Source of the DNA: a virus
Reading direction: 5' to 3' (one strand)
Virus genome (UHGV): UHGV-0074586
Length of the DNA: 11,801 nucleotides
Shown here: piece after piece, positions 1 through 6,792 of the stretch
Numbering within the stretch: position 1 is the stretch's first letter
How the letters are laid out: every line of letters begins with the position of its first letter
The notes under the pieces: model-generated
Database searches by the model: none
Seen by the model: the letters and a program-made list of their open reading frames with translations, nothing else
Told to the model about the DNA's origin: nothing
Program-made: the position numbers and the translations under genes

Positions 1-1
1 T

Positions 2-145
2 GAAAAAATGGGATTAGTAGGAATATCAGGTGACACTGCATTGAAGGCCACGAATAAAGCTGCCATGCGTCAGGCTCTGAAAGAAGCAATGGTTCCTATC
101 CCGGTATTTTATTGTGTAAATACCCGAGGTATTTATTTTTGGTGA
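2..145 (+). CDS. C-terminal fragment of a hypothetical protein whose ORF enters from beyond the left edge
   Basis: Frame is open from position 2 to a TGA at 143..145 (...MGLVGISGDTALKATNKAAMRQALKEAMVPIPVFYCVNTRGIYFW). No family recognised. An AT-rich hairpin plus T-run overlaps the last codons. Confidence 0.3.
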   Translation, partial: EKMGLVGISGDTALKATNKAAMRQALKEAMVPIPVFYCVNTRGIYFW

Positions 146-264
146 AATAATGATAAGCAAATGAATACAAAGGATATTTATTTTTTCGGTGTCTGCTTGT
201 TCAGTGCTTTTTATGCGGGATATGTGAAGTGGATCCCGATAGCTATTGCTGCCGGGATTATGGG

Positions 265-654
265 TTAGTCAGCGAAGGTTAAGACGAGAATTACCTTAAT
301 GATGTCTGCTACAACAGACACGGCCATAGATAAACCAAAGACAATCCAAGCCATAGAGATGTCTTCACTACCATCGTATAGAGTTCCGTAATCACTGGTG
401 TAAGGCGTAAATGTCGCGCCTTGATACAACAGGTATAAGCTTGAACCATAGAGGATAAATGCAGATATCCCTTGTATTGCTATGATCACTAGAATCATGA
501 AACGAGCTGATCTATGCGCCCAAGCCTGGCTTATTTTTTCTGATAGAGATTTCGCAATAAAAGCATGCGCTAAGCCGTAAATTGTCGAGATTGACAACAT
601 CCCAAAAAAGCTTGCTATAGCGGTTCCAACCATAATCGCCCCTTGCGTGATCAA
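265..654 (-). CDS. small multi-pass inner-membrane protein in the rexB position, immediately downstream of cI; candidate superinfection-exclusion or abortive-infection protein
   Basis: 129-aa ORF with about four hydrophobic helices. Its start overlaps the cI stop in an ATGA arrangement (651..654), implying co-translation with the repressor. Function inferred only from position and topology. Confidence 0.6.
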   Translation of the reverse strand: MITQGAIMVGTAIASFFGMLSISTIYGLAHAFIAKSLSEKISQAWAHRSARFMILVIIAIQGISAFILYGSSLYLLYQGATFTPYTSDYGTLYDGSEDISMAWIVFGLSMAVSVVADIIKVILVLTFAD

Positions 655-1362
655 ACCAGCCTTAGTTTTGTCTCAATTGCAACGCCTATAATCTTGCAGT
701 TTCCATTGATTGGCACGAGAGGCCATGCAGGATTAAGTCCCTTGAGGTATTTATTTCCGCCGTCGATTATCAGCTTCTTGAATGTTGCTTCGTTAGAGTC
801 AGAAAGTTTTGCTATGACCAAGCTGCCGTTGATCGCCTCCCTTCCGGTATCGAAAAGAACGAATGTTCCCTCTGGAATGCTTAACCCAACCGGTGCCGTC
901 ATTGAATCACCTTCCACTTTAAGCCAGAACGCATTACCTTGAATATGCGCGTCAGACTCAAGCCAAACATCTATGTCTTTAATGGTGTATGGTTCGCATG
1001 CTTCACACCACGAGCCAGCCTGGATACTGCTTAACACCGGATACCTCTTTCCTGCTCTGTATTCCCCTGCATACCTTACGTTGGCATCGCTCTTAAGGCT
1101 TTCTGCCTGTTCTGCAACCTTGGCAGCAATTGACTGGCTAAAATCAGCAATTGAGACTTGCAACAGTCGTGCAAAACCAGATGCAACCGTTTAGCGCGTT
1201 TCTGCCATTAAGATAATGCCCTACCGCTCCTTGGGTGATACCCAGTTCATCAGCGATTGAGTATTGGGTTATTCCCAATTCTTTCTTTTTTGACTCATAC
1301 AAAGCCTTAAGCCGCTTAGCGTCTTCGAGCTGTTCTGTCGTCAGTGATTTTTTATTTTCCAT
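651..1362 (-). pseudogene. cI: cI-like repressor (N-terminal HTH plus C-terminal S24/LexA-type autocleavage domain) interrupted by a frameshift near 1185..1191
   Basis: ORF 1144..1362 encodes an HTH domain resembling lambda cI ([26 protein letters not shown]...). ORF 651..1163 in another frame encodes the S24 domain (Ala-Gly site, GDSMTAP serine motif, FKKL lysine motif). Reading by hand, removing one C from the CC at about 1187..1188 restores a continuous ...[23 protein letters not shown]... protein. Confidence 0.75.
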
Positions 1363-1368
1363 AGCTTA

Positions 1369-1397
1369 ATTCTAATAGCTAAGGTACTTAAACTAAA
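1369..1397 (-). promoter_or_regulatory. PRM-like maintenance promoter for cI (leaderless transcript)
   Basis: On the minus strand a TAGAAT -10 hexamer (plus coords 1374..1369) lies 6 nt upstream of the cI ATG at 1362, as in lambda where the cI mRNA starts at the AUG. The -35 (about 1392..1397) is weak and abuts operator A, consistent with an activator-dependent promoter. Confidence 0.4.
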
Positions 1398-1438
1398 AAT
1401 ACCCTGAGTATTGATTGCTTTGAATACCTGTAGTATTC
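1398..1438. promoter_or_regulatory. two palindromic operator sites (OR2-like AATACcctgaGTATT at 1398..1412; OR1-like GAATACctgtaGTATTC at 1422..1438)
   Basis: Two near-perfect inverted repeats sharing the half-site AATAC/GTATT, centres about 25 bp apart, overlapping the -35 and -10 of the rightward promoter. A third site was not found. Confidence 0.6.
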
Positions 1439-1439
1439 T
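1411..1439 (+). promoter_or_regulatory. PR-like early rightward promoter (TTGATT, 17-bp spacer, TATTCT)
   Basis: -35 at 1411..1416 and -10 at 1434..1439 with 17-bp spacing, about 30 nt upstream of the cro start and overlapped by both operators. Confidence 0.5.
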
Positions 1440-1468
1440 TTGTTCATGGTTAATAACGGAGAGTGCAT

Positions 1469-1663
1469 ATGATTCGAATGACACTTGCCGATTACGCCAA
1501 AATCCATGGACAGGCTAAAGCAGCCAGTGACTTTGGTGTAATCCAGTGCGCTATCAGCAAGGCCATTCTGGCAGGCCGTAACATTATGGTTACGGTAAAG
1601 CCTGATGGCAGTGTGATTGGAGAGGAAGTTCGTCCTTTCCCAAGCAACAAGAAAAACAAATAG
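1469..1663 (+). CDS. cro: Cro repressor
   Basis: 64-aa product ([64 protein letters not shown]) is colinear with lambda Cro. GGAG at 1458..1461 is 7 nt upstream of ATG 1469; the ORF-track start at GTG 1463 is probably too early. Confidence 0.88.
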   Translation: MIRMTLADYAKIHGQAKAASDFGVIQCAISKAILAGRNIMVTVKPDGSVIGEEVRPFPSNKKNK

Positions 1664-1669
1664 TAACAC

Positions 1670-1715
1670 CGCTCTTTAACAGTCATGGTCCTCATTCCCG
1701 CCGAAATGCGGGAAT
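1670..1715 (+). promoter_or_regulatory. nutR-like N-utilisation site: boxA (CGCTCTTTA, 1670..1678) and boxB-like hairpin (1694..1715)
   Basis: boxA matches the lambdoid consensus just after the cro stop. The hairpin has an 8-bp stem ATTCCCGC/GCGGGAAT and loop CGAAAT. Confidence 0.55.
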
Positions 1716-1720
1716 ACAAC

Positions 1721-1755
1721 GCGCATAAGTTGATGCGCATAACTTCTTATTTGTT
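1721..1755 (+). terminator. tR1-like element: perfect hairpin GCGCAT-aagttg-ATGCGC followed by a T-rich tract
   Basis: 6-bp perfect stem at 1721..1738 then ataacttcttatttgtt, sitting between nutR and cII as tR1 does in lambda. The T-tract is interrupted, so intrinsic strength is doubtful. Confidence 0.35.
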
Positions 1756-1771
1756 AAGGAAATACTTACAT

Positions 1772-2050
1772 ATGGAACTTACAAGTACTCGCAAGAAAGC
1801 GAATGCAATTACAAGCAACATCCTGAATCGAATTGCTGTACGTGGTCAGCGAAAGGTTGCCGACGCGTTAGGGATTAATGAATCGCAAATTTCGCGATGG
1901 AAAGACAGCTTCATCCCCAAAATGGGAATGCTTCTGGCTGTTCTTGAATGGGGTGTTGAAGACGAGGAGTTGGCGGAACTGGCTAAGAAAGTAGCCAAAA
2001 TGCTGACAAAAGAAAAAGCCCCGAAGAACGGCGAATTCTTCGAGGCCTGA
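1772..2050 (+). CDS. cII: CII transcriptional activator
   Basis: 92 aa with the ...SQISRWK...IPK...MLLAVLEWGV... core of lambda CII. The upstream ttaaggaaatacttacat-ATG matches the lambda cII initiation region as I recall it. The ORF-track start at 1685 would run through nutR and tR1 and is rejected. Confidence 0.85.
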   Translation: MELTSTRKKANAITSNILNRIAVRGQRKVADALGINESQISRWKDSFIPKMGMLLAVLEWGVEDEELAELAKKVAKMLTKEKAPKNGEFFEA

Positions 2051-2084
2051 TGTAGAAAGACTGGATCAATCCACAGGAGTAATT

Positions 2085-2246
2085 ATGACAAAACGTCGTA
2101 AGAAATACCAGGAAAAAGAAGAGATTCGACACCCTGATTCACCTGAGGGATTAGTGGTAGCCGCAGCAAATAACAGGGCGTTCGCAGAGCGCCTTGTTGG
2201 TGTTTACAGACTAGCAAAAGCAGGAGTGAAACATGGGCGTCGTTAA
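2085..2246 (+). CDS. small basic hypothetical protein (53 aa) between cII and the replication genes
   Basis: AGGAG at 2075..2079 is 5 nt upstream of ATG 2085. Product MTKRRKKYQEKEEIRHPDSPEGLVVAAANNRAFAERLVGVYRLAKAGVKHGRR. Overlaps the O-like start by 14 nt. Below the ORF-track size cutoff. Confidence 0.4.
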   Translation: MTKRRKKYQEKEEIRHPDSPEGLVVAAANNRAFAERLVGVYRLAKAGVKHGRR

Positions 2247-3123
2247 GTTAGCTGATTACAGGCATAACCCTGTACAACATCAGGAGGCATCCAGTATGGG
2301 GTATGTCTCTATACACCGCCAGTTTATGGACAGCAGGCTCTATAAGGACTCTCAGGCAGTACATCTTTGGCTTCACTTAATCCTCAAGGCTAATCACGAA
2401 TCTACTGTCGTCAATACGGATATCGGTCCGATAACTGTTGATCGCGGTCAGATGATAACTGGACGCCCGTCGCTGGTCAGAGAAACATTCATCCCCGACA
2501 ACAAAGTTCGGAGCTTATTACGGACTTTTGAGTCGAAAGGGATGCTTAATATTTGCTCGATGGGGAAGAAATTTAGCCTGTTTACAATCGTTAAATATGA
2601 CGATTTTCAGGCAAAAAATTGTCCAACGGTTGTCCAACGGTTGTCCAACGCAAACACCAGTAATGGCGAGGCTCTCAGCGGAGATTGTCCAACGGTTGTC
2701 CAACGGTTGTCCATAAACAATAATATAAATAATATCTCTAATACTGACGTATTAGAGAGTGCCACAGCAGACAAAAAGTCTGACAAGAAAAAACCTTCCG
2801 TTAGCTGTCAGGATGTTGTCGATGCTTACCACGAAATCCTTCCTGAAGCGCCAAGAATCCGCGCACTGAATGACAAGCGTAAAAACCAGATCCGAACGTT
2901 CTGGCGCAAAGCCGGAGTGATAACCCGCCAGCTTGACGGGCATGGGTTCACGATGCAGGACTGGAGAAATTATTTGAGCTACGTAGGCGAAAATTGCCGA
3001 TGGATGTTCGAAGAGCGTCCAAACCATCAACGCGGAACCGTCTGGCACAAAAAGGGATTTGATTTCCTGCTTAACGACAATACCTACCTGAAAGTTCGTG
3101 AGGGTGAACACGATGACCGATAA
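2233..3123 (+). CDS. O-like replication initiation protein (iteron-binding), origin embedded in the gene
   Basis: 296 aa. AGGAG at 2222..2226 precedes ATG 2233. Position after cII, internal iterons and translational coupling to a DnaB-type helicase indicate a lambda O / P22 gp18 analogue. Not sequence-similar to lambda O as far as I can recall. Confidence 0.7.
   Translation: MGVVKLADYRHNPVQHQEASSMGYVSIHRQFMDSRLYKDSQAVHLWLHLILKANHESTVVNTDIGPITVDRGQMITGRPSLVRETFIPDNKVRSLLRTFESKGMLNICSMGKKFSLFTIVKYDDFQAKNCPTVVQRLSNANTSNGEALSGDCPTVVQRLSINNNINNISNTDVLESATADKKSDKKKPSVSCQDVVDAYHEILPEAPRIRALNDKRKNQIRTFWRKAGVITRQLDGHGFTMQDWRNYLSYVGENCRWMFEERPNHQRGTVWHKKGFDFLLNDNTYLKVREGEHDDR
2619..2717. repeat. origin iterons: two clusters of three tandem 11-bp repeats TTGTCCAACGG (2619..2651 and 2685..2717)
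   Basis: Direct repeats with 11-bp periodicity, last copy of each cluster degenerate, clusters separated by about 33 bp, followed by an AT-rich stretch. They fall in the linker of the O-like protein (repeated translation PTVVQRLSN). Confidence 0.8.
2713..2760. promoter_or_regulatory. AT-rich DNA-unwinding-element-like tract flanking the iterons
   Basis: ataaacaataatataaataatatctctaatactgacgtattagagag is almost pure A/T directly 3' of the iterons, the classic lambdoid ori layout. Confidence 0.5.
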
Positions 3124-4549
3124 TTTTTATGCGCCGCCCCATAGCATCGAGGCAGAGCAGGCGGTGATTGGTGGATTGCTTCTGGATGATGACAGCAGTG
3201 AGCGCGTCCAGAAAGTTCTGGCGATGCTGAAGCCTGACTCATTTTACAGCCGGCCACACAAAATCCTTTTCGAAGAAATAACCAGAATGCACCGGGAGCA
3301 AAAGCCAGTAGATGGCCTGACGCTTTTCGATGAGCTGGAGCGTAAATCGTTAACGGCGTCTGTTGGCGGTTTTGCTTATATCGCTGAGATCGCAAAGAAC
3401 ACGCCAAGCGCAGCAAACATCGTTGCCTATGCAATGCAGGTTCGTGAAACCGCAATGGAACGCTACGCCATCAACCGCATGACTGAAGCGACGGAATTGC
3501 TCTATTCCCGCAACGGAATGACTGCAACACAGAAGTACGAAGCTATTCAGTCGATTTTCACGCAACTGACAGACCATGCAAAAACCGGATCGCGTCGCGG
3601 CCTTCGCTCATTTGGTGAGGTCATGGAAGACTGGGTTAGCGACCTTGAGAAGCGATTTGACCCGTCAGGCGAACAACGAGGAATGAGCACAGGGATCCCA
3701 TCGCTGGACAGGATGCTGTCACCGAAAGGTCTGGTGAAAGGCTCTCTGTTTGTCATTGGCGCTCGCCCTAAGATGGGGAAAACGACGCTATACAGCCAGA
3801 TGGCAATCAATTGCGCAGTGCATGAGAAAAAGCCAGCTCTGATGTTCAGCCTTGAAATGCCAGGTGACCAGATACTGGAAAAACTGGTAGGGCAGAAGTC
3901 TGGTGTTAACCCGAATATTTTTTACCTTCCGGCGACAAATGACGCCGATGACGGCTATCAGGGTGATTACGATGGCGACTTCAACAGGGCGATCGAAACA
4001 GCAAATCGCTTGAGTGAAATCGACCTGCTTTACATCGACGACACGCCGGGATTATCTCTGGCTCAAATCGTCAGCGAAAGCCGTCGAATCAAGCGAGAAA
4101 AAGGATGTGTTGGCATGATTCTGGTCGATTACCTGACACTAATGACCGCTGAGAAGGCCGATCGCAACGACCTTGCTTACGGCATGATCACCAAAGGACT
4201 GAAGAACCTTGCCAAAGAGCTTGATTGCGTTGTTGTGCTTCTGACACAGCTTAACCGCGCACTGGAAAGCCGAACCAATAAACGCCCATTACCAAGTGAC
4301 TCACGAGATACAGGGCAGATTGAACAGGATTGCGATTATTGGGTGGGGATCCATCGTGAAGGTGCTTTTGATGACAGCGTTCCTCCTGGTGAAACCGAAC
4401 TAATCCTTCGCCTCAATCGTCATGGCAATACCGGCACGGTGTATTGCATACAGGCAAATGGCGCTATTTATGACACAGACCAACAGTCTGCTGAAATGCG
4501 CCGCCGTGAACGCGAGGAACCGCAGTCCAAGAAGAAAGGAGGGTTCTGA
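3113..4549 (+). CDS. DnaB-family replicative helicase (P22 gp12-type)
   Basis: 478 aa with a DnaB N-terminal signature (HSIEAEQAVIGGLLLD), Walker A GARPKMGKT and a RecA-like C-terminal core. ATG 3113 overlaps the O-like stop (3121..3123); GAGGGTG lies upstream. The ORF-track GTG at 3098 is less likely. Confidence 0.9.
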   Translation: MTDNFYAPPHSIEAEQAVIGGLLLDDDSSERVQKVLAMLKPDSFYSRPHKILFEEITRMHREQKPVDGLTLFDELERKSLTASVGGFAYIAEIAKNTPSAANIVAYAMQVRETAMERYAINRMTEATELLYSRNGMTATQKYEAIQSIFTQLTDHAKTGSRRGLRSFGEVMEDWVSDLEKRFDPSGEQRGMSTGIPSLDRMLSPKGLVKGSLFVIGARPKMGKTTLYSQMAINCAVHEKKPALMFSLEMPGDQILEKLVGQKSGVNPNIFYLPATNDADDGYQGDYDGDFNRAIETANRLSEIDLLYIDDTPGLSLAQIVSESRRIKREKGCVGMILVDYLTLMTAEKADRNDLAYGMITKGLKNLAKELDCVVVLLTQLNRALESRTNKRPLPSDSRDTGQIEQDCDYWVGIHREGAFDDSVPPGETELILRLNRHGNTGTVYCIQANGAIYDTDQQSAEMRRREREEPQSKKKGGF

Positions 4550-4653
4550 TGACCATCTACATCACTGAGCTAATAGCAGGGTTATCGTTACTAATGGTTC
4601 TTACTGTATATATTATTAAGTATATTCTTTATGCGAATAAAAAAACTAATTGA
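4549..4653 (+). CDS. 34-aa hydrophobic single-pass peptide, translationally coupled to the helicase stop
   Basis: ATG 4549 overlaps the helicase TGA (4547..4549) with AGGAGG at 4538..4543. Product MTIYITELIAGLSLLMVLTVYIIKYILYANKKTN. Caveat: AT-rich DNA yields hydrophobic ORFs by chance. Confidence 0.3.
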   Translation: MTIYITELIAGLSLLMVLTVYIIKYILYANKKTN

Positions 4654-5242
4654 TCACGATGAGCTTCTGTCAACATTATCATATGACTCAGAAACAGGAA
4701 TATTTAAATGGCTAAAAACAAATTCAGTAGTAAGAGTAAAAGGTAGTATTGCTGGAGGTGTTAGTGGTGGTTATATATGCATTAGCATAAATAATGTTTT
4801 GTATTATGCGCATAGACTTGCTTGGTTCTATGTATACAAAAAATGGCCTCCTAAGTTTATTGATCATGTAAATGGGAACAGACTTGACAATAGGATTTCA
4901 AATCTAAGACTGGCAACAGAAGAGCAGAATGCAAGAAACATTGTAGGGAATAGGTTAAACACATCCGGTGCGATTGGAGTGTCTTGGTATAAGCCAACTG
5001 GCAGGTGGAAGTCTTATGTTGGTTATAAAAATAAGACAATATCGTTAGGGTATTTCGATAGCAAAGAAGATGCAGCATTCATAGCAGCACTAGCAAGAAA
5101 GAAACTATATGGAACTTATGCGAGTAAAGCACTTAATTGCGAGCATGAGCTTTTATCTCAATTTAATAATGATGAGGATAAACTTGCGGAATATCTTAAG
5201 GAAAAATCTAAAAGGACTCGAAAGCGTGTTAAAAAAAGATAA
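4631..5242 (+). CDS. HNH homing-type endonuclease with C-terminal AP2 DNA-binding domain
   Basis: HNH motif (YYAHRLAWF...IDHVNGNRLDNRISNLRLATEEQNARN) and AP2-like segment (GVSWYKPTGRWKSYVGYKNKTISLGYFDSKEDAAFIAA). The gene sits in a visibly AT-rich island unlike its neighbours. Confidence 0.85.
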   Translation: MRIKKLIDHDELLSTLSYDSETGIFKWLKTNSVVRVKGSIAGGVSGGYICISINNVLYYAHRLAWFYVYKKWPPKFIDHVNGNRLDNRISNLRLATEEQNARNIVGNRLNTSGAIGVSWYKPTGRWKSYVGYKNKTISLGYFDSKEDAAFIAALARKKLYGTYASKALNCEHELLSQFNNDEDKLAEYLKEKSKRTRKRVKKR

Positions 5243-5274
5243 AGGCCTGCTGGTAATCGCAGGCCTTTTTATTT
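5241..5274 (+). terminator. rho-independent terminator after the HNH gene
   Basis: Perfect 8-bp GC-rich stem AGGCCTGC/GCAGGCCT with an 8-nt loop, then TTTTTATTT. An A-run upstream makes it potentially bidirectional. Confidence 0.7.
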
Positions 5275-5290
5275 GGGGGAGAGGGAAGTC

Positions 5291-5731
5291 ATGAAAAAAC
5301 TAACCTTTGAAATTCGATCTCCGGCACATCAGCAAAACGCTATTCACGCAGTACAGCAAATCCTTCCAGACCCAACCAAGCCAATCGTAGTGATCATTCA
5401 GGAGCGCAACCGCAGCTTAGACCAGAATCGGAAGCTTTGGGCTTGCCTTGGTGACGTCTCTCGTCAGGTTGAATGGCATGGTCGCTGGCTGGATGCAGAA
5501 AGCTGGAAGTGCGTTTTTACAGCAGCATTAAAGCAGCAGGATGTTGTTCCTAACCTTGCCGGGAATGGCTTTGTGGTAATAGGCCAGTCAACCAGCAGGA
5601 TGCGTGTAAGCGAATTTGCGGAGCTATTAGAGCTTATACAGGCATTCGGTACAGAGCGTGGCGTTAAGTGGTCAGACGAAGCGCGACTGGCTCTGGAGTG
5701 GAAAGCGAGATGGGGAGACAGGGCGGCATGA
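5291..5731 (+). CDS. ninB: NinB (Orf-family recombination mediator)
   Basis: 146 aa from ATG 5291 ([34 protein letters not shown]...), essentially lambda NinB as I recall it. Confidence 0.9.
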   Translation: MKKLTFEIRSPAHQQNAIHAVQQILPDPTKPIVVIIQERNRSLDQNRKLWACLGDVSRQVEWHGRWLDAESWKCVFTAALKQQDVVPNLAGNGFVVIGQSTSRMRVSEFAELLELIQAFGTERGVKWSDEARLALEWKARWGDRAA

Positions 5732-5910
5732 GACGACAGCGACGAAGCATCACCGACATCATCTGTGAAAACTGCAAATACCTTCCAACGAAACGCTCCA
5801 GAAATAAACGCAAGCCAATCCCAAAAGAATCTGACGTAAAAACCTTCAACTACACGGCTCACCTGTGGGATATCCGGTGGCTTAGAGAACGTGCGAGGAA
5901 AACAAGGTGA
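5728..5910 (+). CDS. ninE: NinE
   Basis: 60 aa ([52 protein letters not shown]...). ATGA overlap with the ninB stop. Confidence 0.8.
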   Translation: MRRQRRSITDIICENCKYLPTKRSRNKRKPIPKESDVKTFNYTAHLWDIRWLRERARKTR

Positions 5911-6077
5911 TTGACCCAAATCGAAGTTACGAACAAGAAAGCGTCGAGCGGGCTTTAACGTGCGCTAACTGCGGTCAGAAGCTGCATGTGCTGGAAGTTC
6001 ACGTGTGTGAGCACTGCTGCGCAGAACTGATGGGCGATCCGAATAGCTCAATGTACGAGGAAGAAGACGATGAGTGA
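5907..6077 (+). CDS. ninF: NinF (small CxxC...CxxC protein)
   Basis: GTG start overlapping the ninE stop (GTGA). 56 aa ([55 protein letters not shown]). Below the ORF-track cutoff. Confidence 0.7.
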   Translation: MIDPNRSYEQESVERALTCANCGQKLHVLEVHVCEHCCAELMGDPNSSMYEEEDDE

Positions 6078-6792
6078 GTTAATGAATGGCAATGCCATCA
6101 AAATGACAAGCATTGAAATCGCTGAGTTGGTGGGTAAGCGTCATGACAATGTGAAACGTACCATCGAAACGCTGGCTAAAAATGGTGTTATCCGGCTTCC
6201 TCAAATTGAGGTTTCCGAAAGAATCAATAACTTAGGGTTCAATGTTCAGTACGAGCATTACGTCTTCGAGGGCGAACAAGGTAAGCGAGACAGTATTGTC
6301 GTTGTTGCCCAGTTGTCGCCAGAGTTCACCGCTCGCCTTGTTGACCGCTGGCGAGAGCTTGAAGAAACTGCGGTTAATATCCCCAAAACGCTACCAGAAG
6401 CGTTGCGCCTTGCTGCTGATCTTGCTGAGCAGAAAATGCAACTGGAAAACCAGCTCGCAATTGCCGCACCTAAAGTTGAGTTTGCCGATCGCGTTGGCGA
6501 GGCCAGCGGAATTTTGATTGGAAACTTTGCAAAGGTTGTTGGTATTGGTCCAAACAAACTGTTTGCGTGGATGCGCGATCACAAAATCCTTATTGCTTCA
6601 GGTTCCCGGCGCAATGTGCCAATGCAGGAATATATGGATCGCGGCTATTTCACAGTGAAAGAAACAGCGGTCAACACAAATCACGGAATACAGATATCGT
6701 TCACCACAAAAATCACCGGGCGTGGTCAACAGTGGCTGACCAGAAAGTTGCTCGATAACGGAATGCTGAAAGTAACAGGGGAGGCTGCTTAA
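6070..6792 (+). CDS. Rha-family regulatory protein with KilA-C/ANT-type C-terminal domain (antirepressor-like)
   Basis: 240 aa. N-terminal segment (IKMTSIEIAELVGKRHDNVKRTIETL) resembles the Rha domain; C-terminal half (NFAKVVGIGPNKLFAWMRDHKIL...EYMDRGYFTVKE...TTKITGRGQQWL) resembles the antirepressor C-terminal domain. Assigned from memory. Confidence 0.65.
   Translation: MSELMNGNAIKMTSIEIAELVGKRHDNVKRTIETLAKNGVIRLPQIEVSERINNLGFNVQYEHYVFEGEQGKRDSIVVVAQLSPEFTARLVDRWRELEETAVNIPKTLPEALRLAADLAEQKMQLENQLAIAAPKVEFADRVGEASGILIGNFAKVVGIGPNKLFAWMRDHKILIASGSRRNVPMQEYMDRGYFTVKETAVNTNHGIQISFTTKITGRGQQWLTRKLLDNGMLKVTGEAA

Noticed and set aside
643-1194. Plus-strand ORFs (99 aa and 73 aa) inside the cI locus
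   Set aside because: Antisense to the repressor coding sequence, which has clear homology; no ribosome-binding sites.
1365-1392. A third OR3-like operator over the PRM -10
   Set aside because: No inverted repeat with the AATAC/GTATT half-site could be found here; only weak partial matches.
1388-1740. Minus-strand ORFs (93 aa and 82 aa) across the operator region and cro
   Set aside because: They would run through the operators, PR and cro in antisense; cro on the plus strand is strongly supported.
1685-2050. 121-aa ORF-track version of cII starting at ATG 1685
   Set aside because: The extension would translate through the nutR boxB hairpin and the tR1-like hairpin and lacks a ribosome-binding site. 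The lambda-like initiation region and CII homology begin at ATG 1772.
2619-2717. Tandem TTGTCCAACGG repeats as a possible CRISPR array or mobile-element end
   Set aside because: The repeats are 11 bp, directly tandem with no spacers, inside a coding region and followed by an AT-rich tract. This is the iteron pattern of a lambdoid origin, not a CRISPR array.
2752-3455. Minus-strand ORFs (119 aa and 123 aa) overlapping the O-like and helicase genes
   Set aside because: Antisense to well-supported replication genes; products are Cys/Arg-rich with no motifs.
5464-5919. 151-aa minus-strand ORF overlapping ninB and ninE
   Set aside because: Shadow ORF opposite two conserved, coupled lambda-type genes; no start context.
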